Positions 54,184-63,898 of a stretch of 64,000 nucleotides of DNA are shown piece after piece. Position 1 is the stretch's first letter. The number at the start of each line of letters is the position of its first letter. The DNA lies in IMG/VR virus record IMGVR_UViG_3300021520_000002, positions 186,001 through 250,000 of that record. One strand, 5' to 3'. The notes below the pieces were generated by a model, which had not been told where the DNA came from, ran no database searches, and worked only from the letters and a program-made list of their open reading frames with translations. The translations under genes and the position numbers were made by a program.

Positions 54184-55374
54184 TTACTCATCTTCTTCCT
54201 CAATATTAATTTTTTTCATTCTAACTATTGTTGTTGCTAACAATTTTTCTTGTGGAACATCTTCAGCTGTGAAGTATTCAACAAATTCATCAAATAATTG
54301 TTTATTATCTTTATATTCTTGAGTAACAACAGTATGATATATTTGAAGATAAGTATATTCTGGATGTTTTTCTTGAATATAATTAGCAAAATAAGGTAAC
54401 CACAATTTATATAAAATTTCTTTACTTACTTTAATTTTATATGGTGGTAAGCTTGGATTGATTGTAATTACAGATCTTGCCGAAAACTCAATAGTTTTAC
54501 CAAGAACAGATGATCTTATAAGACCCCATTTTCCAGATATATTTTCAAATACTTTTTCATATACCTTATCAACATAATATTGATATTTAGCGGTCATTCT
54601 ATCATATTCCTGAATCATTTGTTCTACAATTTCATCATCTAATTGTTCTTTCATACTTTTGTTAATTCTTAATAACCAATCTTCTTCTTTATCATCTTTA
54701 ACACTTCTTGTTGAAGCATTAGATTTATTTAATTGAACTAAACTAATATAAGGTTTATTCACTTCTGTATATCTAAAACTTTCAGGTTTATTTGGATCTC
54801 TTATTACCGGCCGAACTTCAGGAGGTAATACTTTTATTGTATCCATTATATAACCTTTATCAAATAATTCTTGAGCTACAGCAATATGCATATAGTCCGC
54901 TAAATATTTTAAACAAAGAATAAAACTATATATTCCTGTTATTCTTAATGGTATAATATACCATCCATTTATTTTATTAATTGAATCAACAATTTTTAAT
55001 TTAGTTGTGTCACCAGATAATGCAAGAAATCTTGATGTTGCAGCTGTTGCATCTGCTCTTCTTGGATTTAATAAATGTTTATGTGTTCCAACTATTTTCT
55101 TAAAATACTTTGTTCTTTTTGTTGGTTTAATAACCGGAAAAATTAAATTTATTTTACCGAAAGTTGATAATCTTGATTCATTACTAATACACATTACTCC
55201 ACATTTATCACAAATATTTCCTTGATCAAGAACTTTTACTGATAATTTACCACATTTACATGTAAAATCTTTTATTGGTCCAAATATACTTTCACTAAAA
55301 AGTCCATCTTCATCAAACTTATTCTGTTTGTTAAAGATCTTGGGACTTGTTACTTCGCCTCGGTACTGTCCCAA
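54184..55374 (-). CDS. rpoC: RNA polymerase beta' subunit, N-terminal part
   Basis: GLFSESIFGPIKDFTCKCG...CDKCG, VLPPEVRP, GKWGLIR..VLGKTIEFSARSVI. Confidence 0.92.
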   Translation of the reverse strand: MGQYRGEVTSPKIFNKQNKFDEDGLFSESIFGPIKDFTCKCGKLSVKVLDQGNICDKCGVMCISNESRLSTFGKINLIFPVIKPTKRTKYFKKIVGTHKHLLNPRRADATAATSRFLALSGDTTKLKIVDSINKINGWYIIPLRITGIYSFILCLKYLADYMHIAVAQELFDKGYIMDTIKVLPPEVRPVIRDPNKPESFRYTEVNKPYISLVQLNKSNASTRSVKDDKEEDWLLRINKSMKEQLDDEIVEQMIQEYDRMTAKYQYYVDKVYEKVFENISGKWGLIRSSVLGKTIEFSARSVITINPSLPPYKIKVSKEILYKLWLPYFANYIQEKHPEYTYLQIYHTVVTQEYKDNKQLFDEFVEYFTAEDVPQEKLLATTIVRMKKINIEEEDE

Positions 55375-55389
55375 TATACGCCTCCTTTT

Positions 55390-55848
55390 TTATTTTTTTC
55401 TGGCATCGTCGAGGATACGTTCAACTTCATCTGTTACTAGATTTTTCTTTGTATTTATTTTTCCCAATTTTTCAGCTTCTCTTTGAGCTTCTATATTTGC
55501 ATCTCTCAAATCTCTTTTATTTTTACAAACTTCTTCATGTTGTTCACTAAATGGAACTTTTGCTCTAATTGGCATATTTAATAAATGATAATCATCAGTT
55601 TTTAAACTTTTATCAAATGTTGGAGATATTCTAAATTTAAATCTGATAACATCTTGACTTGTTTTACTTGATTTTGTTTTATAACAAACAAATTTACCAA
55701 GTTGTCTTATAGCACAAGCTCCATCGGTTATAGTTTTATTAACAACTTCATCAAAAATTTCATCTGCTATTTGTTTTATAGGAGCATTTGGAAATCTTCT
55801 TTTCAGTTTATTTTCAATATCATCTGGAAGACTATATTTCGACATCAA
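55390..55848 (-). CDS. HU/IHF-like DNA-binding protein
   Basis: IFDEVVNKTITDG..AIRQLGKF...KFRISPTF pattern. Confidence 0.5.
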   Translation of the reverse strand: MMSKYSLPDDIENKLKRRFPNAPIKQIADEIFDEVVNKTITDGACAIRQLGKFVCYKTKSSKTSQDVIRFKFRISPTFDKSLKTDDYHLLNMPIRAKVPFSEQHEEVCKNKRDLRDANIEAQREAEKLGKINTKKNLVTDEVERILDDARKK

Positions 55849-56263
55849 TTCCCTCCCAAGTTTTGTTTTATAAAGTCATTATACAAAGACGTTGATCATT
55901 TTTAATAATTGTATTATGTTGTAAAGGTACAACACAAGCATATTTTTCTTTAATAAATCTTACATCAATTTTATCTGCCATATCACTAGGAATTTTAATA
56001 CTTTTATAATCATCAGAATTAACTTCTGTTCCAACTGGAACATAATAAGTTCTACCCTGCATCATTTGAAGTTTACCATTGATAATAGAAACTTTATTTA
56101 CTTCTCCTGTTGAATTATGAGTATATGCAACTACTGGAACATTTTCAATTTCTGTTTTTACAACAATTATTTTAGGTAAATTTTTTCTTTCTTCTTCTTT
56201 AAGTAATTCTTGTATTGATTCGTCCTGATCAAATTCTGTTGCTAAATTCATTACATCCTCCAA

Positions 56264-56650
56264 TTATATTTTAATTTTCAAACATGCCCTAGCTAGAGCT
56301 ATAATATGTTTACAACCTGATGGTATATTAAATTCGTTTTTTTCTTTTGGTCTCTTGATAATTGATCTTAAGAAAGCTATAGCATTTATTAAACTACCAG
56401 CTTTAAATACAGCATTAGCAAATTCAAATTTAAAGCTTTCACAATTACATGTAACTTTTACAGAAGATTTAAGATTTATTTTATTATCATAAATTTCTAT
56501 AATTTGTTCATATTTATCAGTTCTACTTTTTACTTCAATACCATATTCTGTTTTCTTCGGAATAATAGATAATAATCTTATTTTATCAACAAGTTTTTCT
56601 CTATCTTTAAAGGCTGTTGGAAATCTAATAAAATCATTAAGTGTAAGCAA
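56264..56650 (-). CDS. SWIM zinc-finger protein
   Basis: VTCNCESF...GCKHII. Confidence 0.7.
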   Translation of the reverse strand: MLTLNDFIRFPTAFKDREKLVDKIRLLSIIPKKTEYGIEVKSRTDKYEQIIEIYDNKINLKSSVKVTCNCESFKFEFANAVFKAGSLINAIAFLRSIIKRPKEKNEFNIPSGCKHIIALARACLKIKI

Positions 56651-56659
56651 TATAACCTC

Positions 56660-56965
56660 CTATCCATTCGACATTACTGATCCTGCTGCTGTTATAATAC
56701 TACCATTTATACATCCAGCAACAGTATCACCAAGTCGAGCTACACCAAGATTATTTGCCATTACAGTTGGACTTGCAGATACTATAGTAGTAGAATGTCC
56801 ACAGAAACCTATACCAATATCACCCATTCTAGCTTGTCCCATATTTTCAGTCATTACATTTGGACTTGCTGTAATTATTATTCCAGATGAACTTATACAT
56901 GGTGGTTTAGCATGACAACAACAAACACCTATAAACATATCATTCATTCTTGCATTTCCTGGCAT
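56660..56965 (-). CDS. PAAR-repeat tail spike tip protein
   Basis: NARMND, QARMGD, VARLGD repeats with Cys/His. Confidence 0.88.
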   Translation of the reverse strand: MPGNARMNDMFIGVCCCHAKPPCISSSGIIITASPNVMTENMGQARMGDIGIGFCGHSTTIVSASPTVMANNLGVARLGDTVAGCINGSIITAAGSVMSNG

Positions 56966-56974
56966 AATTTCCTC

Positions 56975-58120
56975 CTAACCAATTAAGTACCAATATATTT
57001 TCCAACCATTTTCAACGAAAATCCAATCATAGGTCCATTTATCTCCAGTTTGTGTCCAATATCTTGTCCAATCGGCACCAACTCCTGGCTCTGTTGCTGA
57101 TGAAGATCTATGTTTAAGAATACAAGTATAAATATGATCACCATTGTAAAGAACTCTATCAATTTTATAAGATTTATTAGTAATCCAATTATCATATAAA
57201 GTTACACCTGGTTCTGTTTGAGATGATGCTGTATGATTTCTTAAACATCTATAAACTAAATTATTACTTGCATAAATTATATTATCAGTAATGTAAGCTG
57301 TTCCAGAAGTCCAATTACCATATAAATCAACACCTGGTTCATTTCTATTTGATGATGTATGATCTAATAAACACCCATAAACATGAGTAGACAAATATAA
57401 TGCTTGTCCTTGACCATAAGCTGTAGCTAATATCCAATCACCATCATATAAACCAACATAAGTCCAACCAAATTCTCTTAATATTTCTAATAAATACATA
57501 ACAAATAATTGTTGATTTCTAGCATCAAATCCTGGAACTGGAGTTACTCTTGGGTGTGCGTTTGTCATATAAATTGATCTAAGACCAAGACCAGAACCAA
57601 GACTATATCTAAATTCTTCCAAATTTGCCGTATCAGATGCATCTCCACCATCTATAAGAGCTTTTAAATCTATATATCCATCTGCTATTTCTATTTCACC
57701 AGTTGTTGGATCTGGTGGAGGATCTGGATCTGGTGGTATTGTAGGTTCTGGTGGTGGAGTTGCCGATAAATCAAATAAAGATTCATAAAATGGAACACCA
57801 ACAGTTAATATATCAGACCAATTTTCATATAAGCTTCTTATATCTTCACCAGCAATAAGTTCTGGAATTGGTGGAGCTTGAACTGGTAAATTCATACTGA
57901 ATTTAATAGCTATATACCCATATAAAGGTAATAGAAAATCAGTCATTGAAGCTTTAACAGCACCAATCTTATAACTATCATAAGAAGTTTGTAAATCTGT
58001 TAAAAATCCATTCATAATAGATAATAATTCTGGTTTATTTGTATAACTAGTTTCATTTATTCTTGTTGTCCAATGACTTTGAGCTAAAGGTATCCATGTT
58101 GCGATCTGACGTAATAACAT
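56975..58120 (-). CDS. Virion protein with C-terminal CBM5/12-like repeats
   Basis: Three W...Y......Y.C...H.S....EPGV repeats; Pro-rich linker; next to PAAR. Confidence 0.7.
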   Translation of the reverse strand: MLLRQIATWIPLAQSHWTTRINETSYTNKPELLSIMNGFLTDLQTSYDSYKIGAVKASMTDFLLPLYGYIAIKFSMNLPVQAPPIPELIAGEDIRSLYENWSDILTVGVPFYESLFDLSATPPPEPTIPPDPDPPPDPTTGEIEIADGYIDLKALIDGGDASDTANLEEFRYSLGSGLGLRSIYMTNAHPRVTPVPGFDARNQQLFVMYLLEILREFGWTYVGLYDGDWILATAYGQGQALYLSTHVYGCLLDHTSSNRNEPGVDLYGNWTSGTAYITDNIIYASNNLVYRCLRNHTASSQTEPGVTLYDNWITNKSYKIDRVLYNGDHIYTCILKHRSSSATEPGVGADWTRYWTQTGDKWTYDWIFVENGWKIYWYLIG

Positions 58121-58149
58121 TTTTCCTCCGAAAAATATTTGATATTAAA

Positions 58150-58920
58150 TTTATTATTTCTATAAATAAATAGAAATTTTATTTTAAAAAGAAAAGATCA
58201 AGAAAAGTTCAGGAGTCTACCATTTAAGATAGACTCCTGATTTGTACATCAACCATTTTCCATTTTTTGTATAAAATTTTATTTTTAAATAATATTTCAA
58301 ATTAAAATCTTTTTAATTAGTTCAATGAACTGGGTACCATGTTACAGAATAACTACTTTCCATTTAGCCCTTCCTCCTTTTTTGAGTTTTGCTACATTCA
58401 ATTATTTCTATATTAAATAACTGAATATACAAATTAATTTCTATATGAAATGATTAAATATTAACTTTATTTGAACTGAATAATTTCAACTTTTTAAATA
58501 TAAAGTTTAAATTAATCTGAACAATATGTATATAGAATTGAATAAGAAAAAATAATGTTCATCTTTAATATAGAAATAATACTCAAAAAGAAAAAGTGGG
58601 AAGGGATAAAAAAAGTAATGGTTATAAAGAGTAAGTCAATAATGTTGTTCATGTCTATCAACATTAACTATACTCTTCCATATAAAACTTCGATTGTTAT
58701 TATCTGTAGATTCGACTGCCATGCTATCCTTTCTTTAAGAAACAGATTCAGAAAAGAACCAAAGAATTTCAGTAATTTCTATTTGAAGATACAGATAAAA
58801 GATTCAACTTCAAAATCATTTGGTTAGGAATTTCAAAAACTATTCCTTAATTTATTTACGGCCGGCGCGCGAGCTAAAAATAGTAAAAATAATTTTTCTA
58901 TTTTCCTATAGAAATAATAA
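58150..58920. promoter_or_regulatory. Divergent promoter region; ATATAGAAAT motif on minus strand at 58156, 58404, 58437 and on plus strand at 58568, 58907
   Basis: Motif orientation flips where gene orientation flips. Confidence 0.7.
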
Positions 58921-59035
58921 TTTTGTAAAAAGTGAAATGTTGACATCGATGTGCCTATCAATGTCAGCGGCTAACTCTTATCGTCTTTAAATAAAAAAGA
59001 TCATTAGACGATTGATCTAAAAAACAGGAGGTAGT

Positions 59036-59881
59036 ATGGTGTATAAAGAACGCTTTATAGCTGTTGTTAAGGTTAATGGTTCTATCTTACGGGAAAGAGG
59101 AGAATCAAGAGATGAAGTTTATATCCCATTTGGTAGTGAATATTCTCTACTTCTTAAAAATAAGGAAAGTAGAAAAGCACAAGTTCAAGTTCAGATTGAT
59201 GGGGTGGATGTTCTTGGTGGAAATTCATTAGTTTTAGAACCATTCCAAGAAATGGAACTTGAAAGATTTCTTGATAGTTGTAATATGAGTCAAGGAAATA
59301 AATTCAAATTTATTCAGAAGACTCAACAAATAGTTGAACATCGTGGAGATAAAATTGATGATGGATTCATAACAGTTATATTTCAGTTTGAAGCTGAAAA
59401 ACCTGAAAAGAAAATTGTTGAAGAACATCATCATCATACTTATCATGATCATTATCCGTGGAGAGTATATCCAACATATTATAGTAGTAATCCAGTTTTC
59501 ACATCTGGATTAACTAGAGGCAGTTGTACTGGTGAAAATCTTGGTGGAGTTTTTTCTTCCAATATTTCATCTAATATTTCTGATTCAATACAAGTTAATT
59601 CTTGTAATTTTGCCGATATTAAACAAGCACCAATAATTGATCAAGATGAAGGAATAACTGTTAAAGGGAGTATTTCTAATCAACAATTTAGATATGCTTA
59701 TATCGGCAGATTGGAAGAAAATTCTCATACAATTAACATTAGATTGAAAGGAACAAAATCTAATGGTGTTGTTGTTGATCAACCAATAACAGTTAAAACT
59801 AAGTTAGAATGTAAAACTTGCGGAAAGAAGTCTAATTCTAATGAAAAGTTTTGTTCCAATTGTGGAACATTTTTAAATTAA
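59036..59881 (+). CDS. Hypothetical phage protein with C-terminal zinc ribbon
   Basis: SD AGGAGG; His-rich segment; CKTCG...CSNCG. Confidence 0.8.
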   Translation: MVYKERFIAVVKVNGSILRERGESRDEVYIPFGSEYSLLLKNKESRKAQVQVQIDGVDVLGGNSLVLEPFQEMELERFLDSCNMSQGNKFKFIQKTQQIVEHRGDKIDDGFITVIFQFEAEKPEKKIVEEHHHHTYHDHYPWRVYPTYYSSNPVFTSGLTRGSCTGENLGGVFSSNISSNISDSIQVNSCNFADIKQAPIIDQDEGITVKGSISNQQFRYAYIGRLEENSHTINIRLKGTKSNGVVVDQPITVKTKLECKTCGKKSNSNEKFCSNCGTFLN

Positions 59882-59956
59882 AATAGAGTAAGCTGATAAT
59901 TGATGGGCACATTTTTCTAATTGTATATAGAAATGGTAGTTTTGGAGGCGGAAAAA

Positions 59957-61651
59957 ATGGATATAGAAATAAATAATATGCATGTTTTTGTTAGTAACTA
60001 TTCTTTTACCGGAGTAGTTAAAACATCACTTGTAAAGGATTTTCATTTATTAAAACTTAAAATTGAATTTTTTAAAATTTTAAGTAATGATAGTAAAATA
60101 ATTTCAATGATATCAAAGACTTGTCAAGAAGATCCAAGAAACGGTAACTCTTTAGGACTTGTAAGTACAAAAGTTGATTATGAAAAAGTTTTGAATTTTT
60201 ATGATGCGGAAGAATTTAGAAATTATTTGCATTTTATAACGGCAAGACCATTCTTAGATGATAAAGTTAATGGTCAGTTATGGACAATTGAATTTAAATT
60301 TCAGAATGATGTACATTATTATAAGGTGTTATTAAGTACAAATGAAGTGTTAAGATTATATAATGTTGTTAATTCTTATTATTCTCTTTATTTTGCTTTA
60401 GATTTTATTGTAAAAGAACATTCAAATCTAGCTCCAGTAGAAAAAGTTGAAGAGAAAAAAATAACAGAATATATTCCAAGCAGAAAAGAAGTTGTTGAAG
60501 AAAAATTTGAAGTTAAGGAGAGAAATGGAACAGATGATATTTTTGAATTATGTTTAACAAATTCAATTAAGTCAAGCTTGATTCATTATACAACCAATTA
60601 TTTTAAATTCTTTTCATCAGAACATTGTAAGATTGTTACTAATGATCAGAAGACACAAATTAAAGTAGTTTGTCCGATATTAATTCCTGGAAAGTTTAAT
60701 ATTGATGAGAACTATTTTAAATCTTTAATTGTGACATCATCATTACATTTGGATAGTATAACTTTTACAATTAAGAAGATTTTATCTTTGCTATTACAGA
60801 GTTATGATAAATATAATAATCCTCTACATTTAATGATGATTAGTTATTTATTATTTGTATATATGTTAAGATATATTTATGATGTGAACAGAGATATATT
60901 TAGAGATTATTTTACTAAATTTATTTGTGTTCCAGAGATGCAGAGACATTTAATTATGAATTTAATTCGTAATAATTTTTCGGATTATCACAATAAAATC
61001 TTCTTTGATTTTATAGCTGTTAATCCTCAGGATATTATGAATGAACAGACAAATAAAGAAATAAACACATTTTCTGAAACTTATAAACATCTTCTTCCGA
61101 TTTCACAAGAAGAATTTGCCGATAAAGTATTCAATAGTCTTAATGGTCAAAATAAAAAATTTCCTGTTGACTTTAAAATAGCCAACAAGAAAATGATAGA
61201 CATTAAAAATCTATTTGAAGAGAAACCAAAACAAACATTACAATCAAAATTGTTTGATTATGAAGGAACATTAGATACAACAGCTGGAATATTTAATGAA
61301 TATACTTTTTTAAATTATACAAAGAATAATGGAAGTAAAATTATAAGTAAAACATATAAACATCTTTTAGATTATATTCAGAATCCATCTTCTCTTCTAT
61401 TAATGAATGAAAAAGATGTGCCAAAAGATGTTCTTAATTTATTTGATTTACTTTCAAAATCAGTTCTAAATACAGAGAAATTAGCTAAGGATAATATATC
61501 AACATTAAATTATTATAATATATTAGTTGAATCTTTGCCGAATGCAAATTTATTTAAACATACAACTTTATTATATGTTGTATATCAAATCATGGTACCT
61601 TATTATTATGATGTCTATGGTACAACACAATTTTATGATAATTTTTTATAG
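59957..61651 (+). CDS. Large hypothetical protein, start revised to MDIEIN
   Basis: SD GGAGG after promoter motif at 59925. Confidence 0.75.
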   Translation: MDIEINNMHVFVSNYSFTGVVKTSLVKDFHLLKLKIEFFKILSNDSKIISMISKTCQEDPRNGNSLGLVSTKVDYEKVLNFYDAEEFRNYLHFITARPFLDDKVNGQLWTIEFKFQNDVHYYKVLLSTNEVLRLYNVVNSYYSLYFALDFIVKEHSNLAPVEKVEEKKITEYIPSRKEVVEEKFEVKERNGTDDIFELCLTNSIKSSLIHYTTNYFKFFSSEHCKIVTNDQKTQIKVVCPILIPGKFNIDENYFKSLIVTSSLHLDSITFTIKKILSLLLQSYDKYNNPLHLMMISYLLFVYMLRYIYDVNRDIFRDYFTKFICVPEMQRHLIMNLIRNNFSDYHNKIFFDFIAVNPQDIMNEQTNKEINTFSETYKHLLPISQEEFADKVFNSLNGQNKKFPVDFKIANKKMIDIKNLFEEKPKQTLQSKLFDYEGTLDTTAGIFNEYTFLNYTKNNGSKIISKTYKHLLDYIQNPSSLLLMNEKDVPKDVLNLFDLLSKSVLNTEKLAKDNISTLNYYNILVESLPNANLFKHTTLLYVVYQIMVPYYYDVYGTTQFYDNFL

Positions 61652-61662
61652 GAGATGTAATT

Positions 61663-62247
61663 ATGATTATAGATGATATGACTATTTATAATAGTGTAGT
61701 AGATAGAGATAGAATGAGATCTTTAGCTGAAAAATTAGAAAAAGTTAAAGATCTTGCCGGTGGAGTATGTGAAGTTGGAGTGTATAGAGGTGGAACGGCA
61801 AGATTATTATGTTTAAACACTAATGAAAAAGTATTTCTTATAGATACTTTTGAGGGATTACCACAGGAATGTGAATTTGATAATCATCACAGAAAAGGTG
61901 AATTTAATAACACATCGATTGAACATATTAAAAATATTTTATCTGATTTATCTAATTATGAAATAATTAAACAAGAATTTCCTAAAGGTGACACATCTAA
62001 ACTTGATAATTTAAAATTTAAATTTGTTCATCTCGATGTTGATTTATATGAATCTGTAAAAAATTGTTTAGAATATTTTTATCCTAAAATGGTTGATGGT
62101 GGATATATAATTTTTGATGATTATGGTTGGTTTCTTTGTCTTGGAGCAAAGAAGGCTGTTGATGAATTTTTTGTTGAATTAAAAGAAAAACCAGTTCAAG
62201 GAGCTAATTGTCAATACTATATTATAAAAGAAGGTGAAAAATGTTAA
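61663..62247 (+). CDS. TylF/MycF-family O-methyltransferase
   Basis: EVGVYRGG, DTFEGLP, VHLDVDLYES, GGYIIFDDY. Confidence 0.9.
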   Translation: MIIDDMTIYNSVVDRDRMRSLAEKLEKVKDLAGGVCEVGVYRGGTARLLCLNTNEKVFLIDTFEGLPQECEFDNHHRKGEFNNTSIEHIKNILSDLSNYEIIKQEFPKGDTSKLDNLKFKFVHLDVDLYESVKNCLEYFYPKMVDGGYIIFDDYGWFLCLGAKKAVDEFFVELKEKPVQGANCQYYIIKEGEKC

Positions 62248-62610
62248 AAGAGATAAAAGAAAATCGAAAATATTTTATTATAAATTTAGATGAAAGTTAT
62301 GCGCCAAAAATATTTCAAGTTTTGAAAGAAGAAGAAATGAAAGCTGGTAGATGGCCAGAAGGTGATATTACATTTGAACAATGGATTTTTGATACTTATG
62401 GTCAAGAAGGACTAGATTATTTAAAGTTTAATAAAGTTTGATATTCAATGAATTTATATAGAAATTAAATGGTATAGAAAGATAAAAAATATAAAGGATT
62501 TTTCGTGACGTATTTTTTGGTCATGTTTTTTCTTTCTGGACAAAAGATTTTGTGAAGTGTTGTAAGATATTTTACAAAGTCTTTTGTTTGTATTCTTTTT
62601 TGGGGGTTTT

Positions 62611-62928
62611 ATGAAAGAATTAAATGATGATAATTTTGCTGAAGAAGTATATACAACTAAAAAACCAATATTAATTGAGTTTATGGCTCAATGGTGTGTA
62701 GTATGTAGAGAATTTGATAAGAAATTGGAACAACTAAAAAAAATTTATGGTGATAAAGTTGTGTTTGCAAAAGTTGATATAGATGAGAGTTTTAGATTAT
62801 CATCTGGATTTAATATTGATAAATTACCAACATTTATTTTATACTATAAAAGAGAACCTATGAACTTTATTATTGGAGCGGCAAATTTGTCAGAATTTAA
62901 AACTGCTATTGATGAAGTTATAAACTAG
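62611..62928 (+). CDS. Thioredoxin (WCVVC)
   Basis: FMAQWCVVC, AKVDID, LPTF. Confidence 0.88.
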   Translation: MKELNDDNFAEEVYTTKKPILIEFMAQWCVVCREFDKKLEQLKKIYGDKVVFAKVDIDESFRLSSGFNIDKLPTFILYYKREPMNFIIGAANLSEFKTAIDEVIN

Positions 62929-62959
62929 CTAATACCTCTTTCCATTTTTTCTCCTTCCT

Positions 62960-62990
62960 TAGGGGTGATAGCTTTTCCACTATCACCCTA
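62960..62990. terminator. Hairpin between convergent transcription units
   Basis: TAGGGGTGATAG/CTATCACCCTA. Confidence 0.5.
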
Positions 62991-62992
62991 CT

Positions 62993-63169
62993 TTAAACAA
63001 ATAAAAAACTGGCATTACGTTCTCGATATGAGTCGCGTAATGCCAATTTGTTTTGTTTTCTGTTGTAGCCCTTCTTCCCCTTTTTAGAGGTTTGAGGTCC
63101 ACCATGTGAAGAGATATAAAGGACTTCCTCAACAATTCGCCGATGTTTCAGTTTCTTTTCTTTTTTCAT
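62993..63169 (-). CDS. ArfA/BrfA-like alternative ribosome-rescue factor candidate (58 aa)
   Basis: Not in ORF track. SD GGAGG; MKKEKKLKHRRIVEEVLYISSHGGPQTSKKGKKGYNRKQNKLALRDSYRERNASFLFV; terminator before the stop codon. Confidence 0.6.
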   Translation of the reverse strand: MKKEKKLKHRRIVEEVLYISSHGGPQTSKKGKKGYNRKQNKLALRDSYRERNASFLFV

Positions 63170-63344
63170 AATTATCCTCCATTATCATTTTACTTACAAT
63201 TGCACATTTATGTTTTTGAACTAAACGAAATTCTTTATGAACTTCTTTGTGTATTTTAGTAGTTTTCTTTTTTTGAGAAAAACTAACATAAATAACTTTT
63301 GGTTTAGGAGTCCAATCTATTATTTCTTCCTCTTCTTCAATCAT
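63129..63344 (-). CDS. Hypothetical protein
   Basis: G-rich SD; follows promoter motif at 63379. Confidence 0.5.
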   Translation of the reverse strand: MIEEEEEIIDWTPKPKVIYVSFSQKKKTTKIHKEVHKEFRLVQKHKCAIVSKMIMEDNYEKRKETETSANC

Positions 63345-63481
63345 GTATCCCCCTTTTTTATAGTTTTATAAATATATTATTTCTATATTAAAATGAAGAA
63401 AAAACAAAAGGGTCAAGATTTCATGAGCGCGCCCCTTTGCGATACTTCAATCCATATAACCTCCTTGGCCACTAGGCCATT

Positions 63482-63694
63482 TTACATAGCTCTTACACAG
63501 GTTCCAGCCATTCCACAAACGGAACAGCTTATACCAAGTGAACATCTCGTTTTCTTTTTCGGACGAGTCTTGTGCAGAACGTCGTTGAAATATTTTCGAG
63601 ATTTATGTTCAGTTTCAGCCGCTTTGTGTATTTCTACACTTAAAAAAGCGTTCTGAAGCTTACGAGCCAAAGTTGAATCTTGTAAAATTTGCAT
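63482..63694 (-). CDS. Small protein with C-terminal CxxCGxAGTC motif
   Basis: SD AGGAGG; promoter motif at 63727. Confidence 0.65.
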   Translation of the reverse strand: MQILQDSTLARKLQNAFLSVEIHKAAETEHKSRKYFNDVLHKTRPKKKTRCSLGISCSVCGMAGTCVRAM

Positions 63695-63756
63695 GTTCTC
63701 CTCCTAGAGTTTTTTGTTACTTTATTATTTCTATATGAAATCTTTAAAAATAAAAA

Positions 63757-63898
63757 CAAACAAAATTTTCATATGATACGAATATCACATGAAAATCTTG
63801 CCGGTAGAACAATTTCTTAAACCAGCAAGTGGTTCAGAACAGGAACATCTACAGCCTACTGTAGCGTCCTTCAACTAAAGGTTACCCTTTAATCTATA
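63757..63898 (-). ncRNA. Putative structured ncRNA (about 140 nt); 3' end of a related unit at 63945-64000
   Basis: Promoter motif at 63906; hairpins TAAAGG/CCTTTA, CTACAG/CTGTAG, AACCA/TGGTT; terminator TTTTCATGTGATA/TATCATATGAAAA plus U-tract. Confidence 0.58.

Noticed and set aside
938-55905. Plus-strand ORFs in the track, e.g. 938-1261, 7109-7363, 30959-31327, 40292-40828, 51997-52311
   Set aside because: Antisense shadows of well-supported minus-strand genes with implausible composition
58555-58827. 90-aa plus-strand ORF
   Set aside because: Overlaps a promoter motif, has no SD and no recognisable features
63447-63465. SD-ATG-GAT-TGA minigene after ORF 63482-63694
   Set aside because: Single short instance; could be chance or a remnant start, with no supporting context
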